A stretch of 64,000 bases of DNA. It comes from an uncultured Lachnospiraceae bacterium. GTDB taxonomy: Bacteria > Bacillota > Clostridia > Lachnospirales > Lachnospiraceae. A program made the position numbers and the translations under genes. The DNA lies in NCBI GenBank assembly GCA_958349535.1, contig CATWDJ010000003.1, forward strand, positions 103,261 through 167,260, in the 5' to 3' direction. The notes beneath the pieces are model-generated. The model saw nothing but the letters and a program-made list of their open reading frames with translations. It was not told the DNA's origin and did not search any database. Numbering within the stretch: position 1 is the first letter of the stretch; each line of letters begins with the position of its first letter. This document shows, piece after piece, positions 10,319-19,964 of the stretch.

Positions 10319-11131
10319 ATGGATAAGATTAAGATAAAGAATCTGGAGGTATTTGCAAATCACGGGGTATTTCCGGAGGAGACAAAACTGGGACAAAAAT
10401 TCCTGATAAATGCAACTTTATATACAGACACCCGTAAAGCAGGAAGAAGAGATACCTTGGAGGAATCCATTCATTACGGAGAAGTCAGTCAGTATATGGA
10501 AGAGTTTATGAAAAAGAACACCTATCAACTGATAGAGGCGGCTGCGGAACATTTGGCGGAGGCATTGTTGAGAGAGATCCCAAGACTGCGTCAGGTAAAG
10601 CTGGAGATTCAGAAACCTTGGGCACCTATCGGACTTCCGTTAGAGGCAGTATCTGTGGAGATTATCCGTGGATGGAATAAGGTGTATCTTTCCTTTGGGT
10701 CTAATTTGGGAAACCGGGAGGAATATATCCGTCAGGGAATTGAAAAATTAAGGCATCATGAAGATTGCAGGGTTTTACAGGTATCGAAACTGATTCAGAC
10801 AAAGCCTTACGGCGGTGTAAAGCAGGAGGATTTTTTAAATGGCTGTCTGGAAATGGAGACACTTTTGACACCGGAGGAGCTGTTGGAGCTGCTTCATAAA
10901 ATTGAGGCAGAGGCGGGACGAGAACGGAAAATCCATTGGGGTCCCCGTACATTAGATATGGATATTTTATTTTATGACAGAGAGTGCATTGAAACGGAAG
11001 AACTAACCATCCCCCATGTGGATTTGCAAAACCGCAGATTTGTATTGGAACCTTTGGCGGAGATTGCACCCGGCTTCCGGCATCCGATAATCGGAAAGAC
11101 TGTGAAGGAGATGTTAGAAGAACTGGATTAG
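10319..11131 (+). CDS. folBK: Bifunctional dihydroneopterin aldolase / 6-hydroxymethyl-7,8-dihydropterin pyrophosphokinase
   Basis: N-terminal FolB fold (IKIKNLEVFANHGVFPEE), C-terminal HPPK (VYLSFGSNLGNREEYI...WGPRTLDMDIL). Confidence 0.82.
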   Translation: MDKIKIKNLEVFANHGVFPEETKLGQKFLINATLYTDTRKAGRRDTLEESIHYGEVSQYMEEFMKKNTYQLIEAAAEHLAEALLREIPRLRQVKLEIQKPWAPIGLPLEAVSVEIIRGWNKVYLSFGSNLGNREEYIRQGIEKLRHHEDCRVLQVSKLIQTKPYGGVKQEDFLNGCLEMETLLTPEELLELLHKIEAEAGRERKIHWGPRTLDMDILFYDRECIETEELTIPHVDLQNRRFVLEPLAEIAPGFRHPIIGKTVKEMLEELD

Positions 11132-11155
11132 ACGAAAGAGAAAGGAAGCAGAAGA

Positions 11156-13716
11156 TTGCTAGAATATCGAAAAACGATGAGAGCATGCCTGGCTGTATTT
11201 GGCGGTTTTTTAGCCATGCATATGATTTACGGAGCTTTTTGTTATGAGAGAGCAACTTTCTTTCATATTATGATTTATTCAGCTCTTTTTCTACTGCCTC
11301 CGCTACTTGCTTTTTTGATTTCAAAAAACCAGAGAATGGTAGAGTTGCTTACTTTGTTCTGCATTTTGATGGCGACTTACATGATTTCTGTAGAAGTGGA
11401 AAATTTGGTTCATCCGATTCTTGTGTTTTGTTGTGCAGCAATCATGATTGCAATGTTTGCGGATAAGCCTCTGTTCTATATCTATGCAATAGGAACGATA
11501 ATGATTTTAATCGTCATGCCATTGATATATCCGGAATTTTTGCATGGAGAGATGACAGCTATAAAATATACCATGTATGTGATAATCTATAGTGTTCTGA
11601 TTATCAGTCTTTTGAGTGTAGTACATTTTTATGAGGTTTATAAAAAAGAACTTATTGCAAAAGCGGAAGAAGCAAATATGGAAAATCGCAGTAAGAGTAC
11701 CTTCCTTGCCAATATGAGTCATGAAATTCGAACACCGATGAATGCCATTGTGGGAATGAGCGAGCTTTTAATGAAGGGAGAACTGTCGGCGACTCAGCGG
11801 GAATATGTGGATACGATAAGAAATGCTTCGGATAATCTATTGGCAATTATCAATGATATTTTAGATTTTTCTAAGATGGATGCAGAGAAGCTGGAATTGG
11901 CAGAGGTGCCTTATGATTTGGGAAAGGTAGTAACCGATTTGCAGAATCTGATTGCGACCCGACTGATAGGAAAAGATGTTATTCTATTGATTCGGATGGA
12001 AGAGAATATACCAAGTCTCTTAGAAGGGGATGACGGAAGAATCCGTCAGATGCTGCTAAATATTCTTTCCAATGCGGTAAAGTTTACAGAAAAGGGAAAG
12101 ATTCTGTTACAGGTGGAGTGGGAAAAGAAGTCCGAAAATAAATGTGAATTAATTTTCCGGGTGTCGGATACGGGAATTGGTATCCGAAAAGAGGAGATGG
12201 GAAGTCTGTTTACGGCATTTTCCCAAGCGGATTATAAAAAAAATCGGCAGCAGGAGGGAACCGGACTGGGGCTTGCTATTACAAAAAAATTGCAGAACAG
12301 ATGCATGGGAATATTGAAATTGAGAGTACTTATGGAGAAGGCACGATAGTTACTATTCGGGTAGAGCAGAAGATGTTAGAAGAACAGTCCTTTGTGAAAA
12401 TGGAACACCCGGAACAGTACCGAGTTTACGTGTATGAGCCAAACCGTTCCTATATGGAAAGCATTCTGGAAAGCGGAAACAAAATGCAGTTGCAAGTAGT
12501 GCCGGTTCGGAGTCTTGGAAAGTTGGAAGAAATAATTGTTGATGAACCGGGAACAATTTTGTTTTATGATTATGTCAGCGGACAAAAACGGATTGGAGAG
12601 TATGCAAAGACCGTAAAAAATGTCCGGTTTGTTGCCATGGCGAGAATTCAGGAAGAAATCGGAATCTCAGGAAAGATGAATAAGGTAATTGTGAGAAAAC
12701 CGGTTTATATTTACAATATGGCAGTTGCAATCAGAGAAGATGCGGAAAACAGGAGACAGGAGCAGGAAGAAAATGTTCGATTTATAGCACTGGGAGCAGA
12801 GGTGCTGGTGGTAGATGATAATTACATGAATTTAAAGGTGGTAGAAAGCCTGCTTCAGATTTTTGAGTTAAATGTGACCACAGTGTCAAGTGGTTATGAC
12901 TGTATCCGGTTGTTAGAAATGGGACATTTTTATGATATTATTTTTATGGATCACATGATGCCGTATCTGGATGGTGTGGAAACTACCCGAATTATCCGTG
13001 ACAAAGAACGGGTCAGAGGAGAACATCAAGTGGTAATTGCACTGTCGGCAAATGCCGTTAACGGTGCGGGAAAGTATTTCCGGGAACAGGGCATGGACGA
13101 TTTTATCTCTAAGCCGGTAAACCTAAAACAGCTGGAAGTCTTCTTACGGGAATGGATACCGGAAGAAAAGCAGAGAGAAACGGAAAAGAAAAAAGCGGAG
13201 AGTAACGAAATTGAAACAGCATCTGAGATGTTGAATATGAAAAAAGGTATGGAGAGTGTCGGAAATCAGAAAGAAAAGGATTACCAGAATTATGTCATAG
13301 AGGTACATGCATTAAAGAGTAGTATGGCAGGAATCGGAGCCTATGGATTATCTACCATGGCAAAGGAACATGAGTATGCAGGAAAATCCCAGAACTATGA
13401 TTTTATAGAAAGTCATATACAGGAGTTGATAAAGGCATACCGGGATGTAATAGAAGAAATACAGGAAATTCTAAGAAAAGAATCTCTGGAAGAAATAGAA
13501 GAGAAGAAAGAGGATGAAGACGTATCCTTGGATAAAATTAAAGAGGCTCTGTTGGATTATGATGCACAGGAAGCCTGTATCAGAATCAAAGCAGCAATGA
13601 AGAATGAAAAATGGAGAGAAAAATTGCAGACCATACTGGTACATGCAGGAATGTTGGAGTATGAGAGAGCCTTAGAAGAACTAAAGGAGTTAGAGGATGA
13701 AGAAGATATTGTTTGA
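11156..13716 (+). pseudogene. Hybrid sensor histidine kinase (TM sensor - HisKA - HATPase_c - REC - Hpt) interrupted by a -1 frameshift in an A7 homopolymer at 12283-12289
   Basis: ORF 11156-12349 carries 5-6 TM helices, H-box SHEIRTPMNAIVGMSEL and the G2 box GTGLGLAITKK. The next frame (ORF 12301-13716) continues the HATPase (..IAEQMHGNIEIESTYGEGT), a receiver domain (VLVVDDN...FMDHMMPYLDG...ISKP) and an Hpt-like C-terminus. The +1 frame has a stop at 12235, so the junction lies in 12238-12289. An A8 tract would restore the frame. Confidence 0.7.
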
Positions 13717-14350
13717 TTTAGATGGGACGATTACGGATTCCTTTGAAGGGATTACAAAGTGTGTACAATATGCTTTGAAACATAAAGGGATAGAAGTGGA
13801 AAATCTCGATGATTTGAGAAGTTATATCGGACCGCCTTTGAAATATTCGTTTCAGAAAAACTATGATTTCGATGATGAAACCACAAGTTATCTGATTGAA
13901 AAATACCGGGAGCGTTTTGACAAGGTAGGGATTTTTGAAAATCGTTTGTATGGCGGGGTGGAAGAGTGCCTAAAAGCCTTAAAAGATAAGGGATACCCTT
14001 TAGCTTTGGCATCCTCGAAGCCGGAAGAGGCGTGTAAAAAAATCCTAAAAAAACACGGATTGGACGGGTATTTTGATGAGATTGTGGGTGCAACGCTGGA
14101 TGAGCGGATTTCTACAAAACAGGAAGTATTACAGGAAGTATTTCGAAGAATGAAAGTGGAGAATCCCAGAGAATGTCTGTTGATTGGAGATACGATTTTT
14201 GATGTGGAAGGGGCAAAAGAAGCTGGAATGGAATGCATCGGTGTGTCCTACGGATTTGGGAATAAAAAAGAGATGGAGCAGGCAGGAGCGTTGGTGGTCT
14301 GCGATAATTTGAAGGAAGTGGAGAAATATATTGAACAATACGAAGCTTAA
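13697..14350 (+). CDS. HAD-superfamily hydrolase (phosphoglycolate phosphatase-like)
   Basis: Motif I FDLDGTITDS, motif III K, motif IV GDTIFDVEGA. 217 aa. Confidence 0.7.
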   Translation: MKKILFDLDGTITDSFEGITKCVQYALKHKGIEVENLDDLRSYIGPPLKYSFQKNYDFDDETTSYLIEKYRERFDKVGIFENRLYGGVEECLKALKDKGYPLALASSKPEEACKKILKKHGLDGYFDEIVGATLDERISTKQEVLQEVFRRMKVENPRECLLIGDTIFDVEGAKEAGMECIGVSYGFGNKKEMEQAGALVVCDNLKEVEKYIEQYEA

Positions 14351-15122
14351 CCGGGCATGGGCAATCGTGTATCCGGTGGGAATTTATTATGTGATTACAA
14401 ATGTGGCAACTTTTATGATTACTCTGTTTGTGCCACTGACCAATCAAAGCTATGGCTTTATCAAGGTATTGTCTACTTTGCTGACCCTCCCGTTTATTTA
14501 TAGAATTTATCGGGCAGATGAAGTGCGGAGAGGTTATTTGGAACCGGAGTGGAAGAACGTGGTGAAAAGCTTTCGGCAGGAATTACCGGTGATTGCAGGG
14601 ATTGCTCTTATGGCGGCCTGCCTGTCTGTTGTTTTAAATAACATTCTGGCGTGGACGCCGCTGATAGAAACTTCTAAGAGCTATCAGCAGGTGGCAAAAG
14701 CCTTTTTTGGCGGAGGAATCATTTTTGAAATTTTAGGACCCTGTATTTTGGTTCCCATATTGGAGGAATATGTGTTTCGGGGGCTGGTTTACCGCAGGCT
14801 GCGGGAATGGCTCTCCCTTCCATGGGCGGTGGGAATTTCCGCAGTAATTTTCGGAGTAATGCATATGAATCTGGTACAGTTCATCTATGCGGGGTTGTTG
14901 GGAATTTTCCTTGCACTTTGTGCGGAACGGACAGAATATCTGTATGGTGCCATTGCCGGACATATGGCGGCTAATACCATATCGGTAATTCGAACAGAGA
15001 CAGAATGGCTGAAATGGATGGAGCATCCCTTTGGGGTAAAGCTGTGTATGACCATCGGTCTGGGACTGGTTTTCGTGGGATTAGCAGTCATTATTTTCCG
15101 AAAAAAGAGAGATACAATTTAG
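14331..15122 (+). CDS. CPBP-family intramembrane metalloprotease (CAAX protease/Abi family)
   Basis: Multi-TM with EEYVFRG and FGVMH motifs typical of CPBP. Start uncertain: TTG at 14331 overlaps the upstream gene; alternative in-frame ATG at 14415. Confidence 0.7.
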   Translation: MNNTKLNRAWAIVYPVGIYYVITNVATFMITLFVPLTNQSYGFIKVLSTLLTLPFIYRIYRADEVRRGYLEPEWKNVVKSFRQELPVIAGIALMAACLSVVLNNILAWTPLIETSKSYQQVAKAFFGGGIIFEILGPCILVPILEEYVFRGLVYRRLREWLSLPWAVGISAVIFGVMHMNLVQFIYAGLLGIFLALCAERTEYLYGAIAGHMAANTISVIRTETEWLKWMEHPFGVKLCMTIGLGLVFVGLAVIIFRKKRDTI

Positions 15123-15262
15123 ACACAATTTAATAAAAAAGAGAAAACAAAGAGGTTTTTAGAAAAAAAGTTTTTGTGAGATTTGAGAAAAATCCAATAA
15201 AATTGTTTCTAAAAACCTTTTTTAATGAAAAAATAAAAATAAATAATCTGACAATATAAAAA

Positions 15263-15279
15263 TGTAAACAGTAAAGACA
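15263..15279 (+). promoter_or_regulatory. TnrA/GlnR-like box (TGTaA-N7-aGACA) upstream of gltB. Its left half, with TGTTTACA at 15309, also forms an 8-bp inverted repeat.
   Basis: tgtaaacagtaaagaca differs by one position from the Firmicutes consensus TGTNA-N7-TNACA. Lies about 45 bp upstream of the predicted -35. Confidence 0.3.
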
Positions 15280-15309
15280 AATAATCAGTTTATTTAAGTA
15301 AAAAAAGTG

Positions 15310-15338
15310 TTTACACGAAAAAAAAACAGGTGTATCAT
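15310..15338 (+). promoter_or_regulatory. Putative sigma-A promoter for gltBD (TTTACA-N17-TATCAT)
   Basis: Hexamers with 17-nt spacing in an AT-rich 270-bp intergenic region, about 55 nt upstream of the gltB ATG. Confidence 0.4.
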
Positions 15339-15395
15339 AAATGTTAGAAAAAACGTAGAAGGTGCAACAGACAGAAGGCACAGAAAGGAAGAGGT

Positions 15396-18300
15396 ATGAA
15401 GACACAGATGAACGAGAGTACTGCAACAGCAAAAGGATTGTATGATCCGAGTTTTGAGCATGATAACTGCGGTATCGGTTCCGTTGTAAATATCAAAGGA
15501 ATCAAGACCCATGAAACCGTAGAAAATGCATTGAAGATTGTAGAAAATTTGAAACACAGAGCAGGAAAAGATGCCGAGGGTAAAACCGGTGACGGTGTTG
15601 GTATTCTGTTACAGATTTCACATAAATTTTTTAAAAAGGCATGTGAACCTTTGGGAATCCAGTTGGGAGAAGAGCGGGATTACGGAATCGGAATGTTTTT
15701 CTTTCCACAGGAAGAACTGAAGCGGAATCAGGCAAAGAAAATGTTCGAGGTTATCATTGAAAAAGAGGGGATGGAATTTTTAGGTTGGAGAGAGGTTCCT
15801 ACAGACCCGAAGACTTTGGGACAGAAAGCCATCGATTGTATGCCTTATATCATGCAGGGCTTTGTAAAACGTCCGGCAGACTGTCCGAAGGGACTGGATT
15901 TTGACCGGAAGCTGTATGTTGCCAGAAGAGTGTTCGAGCAGAGTAATGACGATACCTATGTGGTTTCCTTCTCCAGCAGAACCATCGTATACAAGGGAAT
16001 GTTCTTAGTGGAGCAGCTTCGATTGTTTTTCAAGGATTTGCAGGATAAGGATTATGAATCTGCCATTGCAACGGTACACTCCCGTTTCTCTACCAATACC
16101 AATCCAAGCTGGGAGAGAGCCCATCCGAACCGTTTTATCGTACATAACGGTGAGATTAATACCATTCGGGGTAATGCAGATAAGATGCTTGCCCGCGAGG
16201 AGACGATGGAATCCGAGCATTTAAAGGGCGAATTGCAGAAGGTGCTTCCGGTGGTCAATACCGCAGGTTCCGACTCCGCCATGCTGGATAACACGCTGGA
16301 ATTTTTGGTAATGAGCGGTATGGAGCTTCCACTGGCGGTTATGATTACCATTCCTGAGCCTTGGGCAAATAACAGTATTATGAGCCAGAAGAAAAAAGAT
16401 TTTTATCAGTATTATGCAACCATGATGGAGCCATGGGACGGCCCGGCTTCGATTCTCTTTTCTGACGGAGATATTATGGGAGCGGTTCTGGACCGTAACG
16501 GATTGAGACCTTCCAGATATTACATTACAAACGATGATTATCTGATTCTTTCCTCAGAAGTGGGAGTTTTGGAAATTGAGCCGGAGCGTATCAAAGTAAA
16601 AGAAAGACTTCGCCCGGGAAAAATGCTTTTAGTGGATACCGTAAAGGGAGAGGTCATTGACGATGAGGAGTTAAAAGATCGTTATGCGGACAAACAGCCG
16701 TATGGTGAGTGGTTAGACCGCAATCTGGTAGAGTTGAAGGATTTGAAGATTCCTAATGAGCGTGTAATGGAATACAAAAAAGAAGAATTGAGAAGAATGC
16801 AGAAGGCATTTGGATATACCTATGAATCCACCAGAGATACCATTCTTCCGATGGCACAGAACGGAGCAGAATCCATTGCAGCCATGGGTATTGATTCTCC
16901 GATTCCGGTGTTATCCAATGACCAGCAGCCGTTGTTTAACTATTTTAAACAGCTCTTTGCACAGGTTACCAACCCGCCAATCGACTGTATCCGTGAGGAA
17001 GTAGTAACATCTACCACCGTATACATCGGAGAGGACGGAAACCTTCTGGAAGAGCAGGCAATCAACTGTCAGGTGTTAAAGATTCACAACCCGATTCTGA
17101 CCAATACGGATTTGATGAAGATTCGTACCATGAAACGGGATGGATTTAAGGTTGTGACTTTGCCGATTACTTATTATAAGAATACCAGCCTGCAGAAAGC
17201 CTTGGATCATCTCTTTGTGGAGGCGGACAGAGCTCATAGGGACGGAGCCAATATCCTGATTCTTTCCGATCGTGGTGTGGATGAGAACCATGTGGCAATT
17301 CCTTCTCTGTTGGCAGTAGCAGCATTGAACCAGCATTTGGTCGAGACAAAGAAACGCACCAGCCTTGCCATGATTCTGGAATCCGGCGAGCCAAGAGAGG
17401 TACATCATTTTGCCACTCTGTTGGGATACGGTGCCTGTGCCATCAATCCTTATCTGGTACAGGATACGATCAAAAATCTCATTGATGAGCATATGTTAGA
17501 CAAGGATTATTATGCAGCTATTGATGATTACAATAATGCAGTTATTCACGGAATTGTAAAGATTGCTTCCAAAATGGGTATTTCCACCATTCAGTCCTAT
17601 CAGGGCTCCAAGATTTTCGAGGCAATCGGTATAGATTCCGAGGTCATTGATAAATACTTTACCAATACCGTCAGCAGAATCGGCGGTATCAATTTAGCAG
17701 ATATTGAAAAAGCAGTAGATACGCTTCATTCCGAGGCTTACGATCCGTTGGGACTGGAAACAGATTTGACCTTGGACTCCAAAGGACGCCATAAGATGAG
17801 AAGCGGAGCAGAGGAACATCTCTATAATCCTCAGACCATCCATCTGTTACAGGAGGCAACCAGAAGAGGAGATTATGGATTGTTCAAAGAATATTCCAAG
17901 CTCTTAGACGGAGAAGAGAGAGCCTTGAATATCCGTGGCTTGATGGATTTCAATTATCCGAAGAAAGGAATTCCGATTGAGGAAGTGGAGAGCGTGGATT
18001 CCATTGTAACCCGTTTTAAAACAGGAGCTATGTCCTACGGTTCTATTTCTCAGGAGGCACATGAGACACTGGCTATCGCCATGAATAAACTTCACGGAAA
18101 ATCCAATTCCGGTGAAGGTGGAGAGAGCTTAGAGAGACTGACCGTCGGAAAAGACGGATTAAATAAATGCTCTGCCATTAAGCAGGTGGCAAGCGGACGT
18201 TTCGGTGTTACCAGCCGTTATCTGGTAAGTGCCAAGGAGATTCAGATTAAGATGGCACAGGGAGCAAAACCGGGCGAAGGCGGACATCTTCCGGCAGGAA

Positions 18301-19949
18301 AGGTTTATCCTTGGATTGCAAAAACCAGACACTCCACACCGGGCGTAAGTCTGATTTCTCCGCCACCTCACCATGATATCTACTCCATTGAGGATTTGGA
18401 ACAGTTGATTTTTGATTTGAAGAATTCCAATAGAGATGCCAGAATTTCCGTAAAACTGGTATCTGAAGCAGGAGTGGGAACCGTTGCGGCAGGTGTTGCC
18501 AAGGCAGGAGCACAGGTTATCCTGATTTCCGGCTATGACGGAGGAACCGGTGCTGCACCGAGCAGCTCCATTCATAACGCAGGACTTCCGTGGGAGCTGG
18601 GACTGGCAGAGACCCATCAGACCCTGATTATGAATGGGCTTAGAAATAAAGTCAGAATCGAGACAGACGGAAAGCTGATGACCGGAAGGGATGTTGCCAT
18701 TGCAGCACTTTTAGGAGCAGAGGAATTTGGTTTTGCTACGGCTCCGTTGGTAAGTATGGGCTGTGTCATGATGCGTGTCTGCAACTTAGATACCTGTCCG
18801 GTGGGAATTGCAACCCAGAACCCGGAGCTTCGCAAGCGTTTCAAAGGAAAACCGGAATATGTTATGAACTTTATGCGGTTTGTGGCAGAAGAGCTTCGTG
18901 AATATATGGCAAAATTGGGCGTACGTACTGTGGATGAACTGGTAGGACGTTCCGATTTACTGAAGGTAAGGGATGAACTGACAGAGCGTCAGAAGAAAGT
19001 AGATTTATCACGGATTCTGAACAATCCGTTTGCAGGACCGAAGGAGAAGGTAACCTTTGATCCGAAACAGGTATATGATTTTGAATTGGAGAAAACTGCT
19101 GATGAGAAGGTGCTGTTAAAGCAGTTAAAAGCAGCCTTAGATTCCGGTCAGAAACGATGCATTGAAATTGAACTGACCAATACGGACCGTTCTTTTGGTA
19201 CGATTTTCGGTTCGGAAATCACAAAGAAATATCATGATACTCTGGAAGAAGATACTTATGTGGTAAAATGCAGCGGTGCCGGTGGACAGAGCTTTGGAGC
19301 ATTTATACCGAAAGGTCTGACTCTGGAACTGGTGGGAGACAGTAACGATTATTTCGGAAAAGGTCTTTCCGGCGGAAAGTTGGTGGTTTATCCGCCGACA
19401 GGTTCGAATTTCAAAGCGGACGAAAATATCATTATCGGAAACGTGGCACTTTACGGAGCCACCAGCGGAAAAGCATTTATCAATGGTGTGGCAGGAGAGC
19501 GTTTCTGTGTTCGTAACTCAGGAGCCATTGCGGTAGTAGAAGGTGTGGGAGACCACGGCTGTGAGTACATGACCGGAGGACGTGTGGTTGTCTTAGGAAA
19601 GACGGGCAAAAACTTTGCGGCAGGTATGAGCGGCGGTATTGCCTATGTACTGGATGAAGACAGCGATTTATATATGAGAACCAACAAAGAGATGGTTTCT
19701 ATGGAAGAGATTACTTCCAAATATGATGTTTTGGAATTAAAGGAAATGATAAAAGAGCATGTGGCACTTACCAATTCCGAAAAAGGAAAGATGATTCTGG
19801 ATAATTTCAGCGAATATCTGCCGAAATTCAAGAAGGTAATACCATTTGACTATAACCGTATGCTGATGACCATTGTTCAGATGGAAGAAAAAGGTCTGAA
19901 CGCAGAGCAGGCACAGATTGAAGCATTTTATGCCAACACAAAGAGATAG
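15396..19949 (+). CDS. gltB: Glutamate synthase large subunit
   Basis: 1517 aa. N-terminal amidotransferase Cys (CGIGSV), FMN/Fe-S central domain, C-terminal GXGXG beta-helix repeats. Confidence 0.95.
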   Translation: MKTQMNESTATAKGLYDPSFEHDNCGIGSVVNIKGIKTHETVENALKIVENLKHRAGKDAEGKTGDGVGILLQISHKFFKKACEPLGIQLGEERDYGIGMFFFPQEELKRNQAKKMFEVIIEKEGMEFLGWREVPTDPKTLGQKAIDCMPYIMQGFVKRPADCPKGLDFDRKLYVARRVFEQSNDDTYVVSFSSRTIVYKGMFLVEQLRLFFKDLQDKDYESAIATVHSRFSTNTNPSWERAHPNRFIVHNGEINTIRGNADKMLAREETMESEHLKGELQKVLPVVNTAGSDSAMLDNTLEFLVMSGMELPLAVMITIPEPWANNSIMSQKKKDFYQYYATMMEPWDGPASILFSDGDIMGAVLDRNGLRPSRYYITNDDYLILSSEVGVLEIEPERIKVKERLRPGKMLLVDTVKGEVIDDEELKDRYADKQPYGEWLDRNLVELKDLKIPNERVMEYKKEELRRMQKAFGYTYESTRDTILPMAQNGAESIAAMGIDSPIPVLSNDQQPLFNYFKQLFAQVTNPPIDCIREEVVTSTTVYIGEDGNLLEEQAINCQVLKIHNPILTNTDLMKIRTMKRDGFKVVTLPITYYKNTSLQKALDHLFVEADRAHRDGANILILSDRGVDENHVAIPSLLAVAALNQHLVETKKRTSLAMILESGEPREVHHFATLLGYGACAINPYLVQDTIKNLIDEHMLDKDYYAAIDDYNNAVIHGIVKIASKMGISTIQSYQGSKIFEAIGIDSEVIDKYFTNTVSRIGGINLADIEKAVDTLHSEAYDPLGLETDLTLDSKGRHKMRSGAEEHLYNPQTIHLLQEATRRGDYGLFKEYSKLLDGEERALNIRGLMDFNYPKKGIPIEEVESVDSIVTRFKTGAMSYGSISQEAHETLAIAMNKLHGKSNSGEGGESLERLTVGKDGLNKCSAIKQVASGRFGVTSRYLVSAKEIQIKMAQGAKPGEGGHLPAGKVYPWIAKTRHSTPGVSLISPPPHHDIYSIEDLEQLIFDLKNSNRDARISVKLVSEAGVGTVAAGVAKAGAQVILISGYDGGTGAAPSSSIHNAGLPWELGLAETHQTLIMNGLRNKVRIETDGKLMTGRDVAIAALLGAEEFGFATAPLVSMGCVMMRVCNLDTCPVGIATQNPELRKRFKGKPEYVMNFMRFVAEELREYMAKLGVRTVDELVGRSDLLKVRDELTERQKKVDLSRILNNPFAGPKEKVTFDPKQVYDFELEKTADEKVLLKQLKAALDSGQKRCIEIELTNTDRSFGTIFGSEITKKYHDTLEEDTYVVKCSGAGGQSFGAFIPKGLTLELVGDSNDYFGKGLSGGKLVVYPPTGSNFKADENIIIGNVALYGATSGKAFINGVAGERFCVRNSGAIAVVEGVGDHGCEYMTGGRVVVLGKTGKNFAAGMSGGIAYVLDEDSDLYMRTNKEMVSMEEITSKYDVLELKEMIKEHVALTNSEKGKMILDNFSEYLPKFKKVIPFDYNRMLMTIVQMEEKGLNAEQAQIEAFYANTKR

Positions 19950-19964
19950 GAGGGAGATGGAACC

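Noticed and set aside
10701-11255. 184-aa minus-strand ORF and other 60-150-aa alternative-frame ORFs in the track (for example 7613-8020, 17076-17492, 18159-18617, 28082-28507)
   Set aside because: All are embedded in, or antisense to, genes with strong family signatures. None has an SD or conserved motifs.
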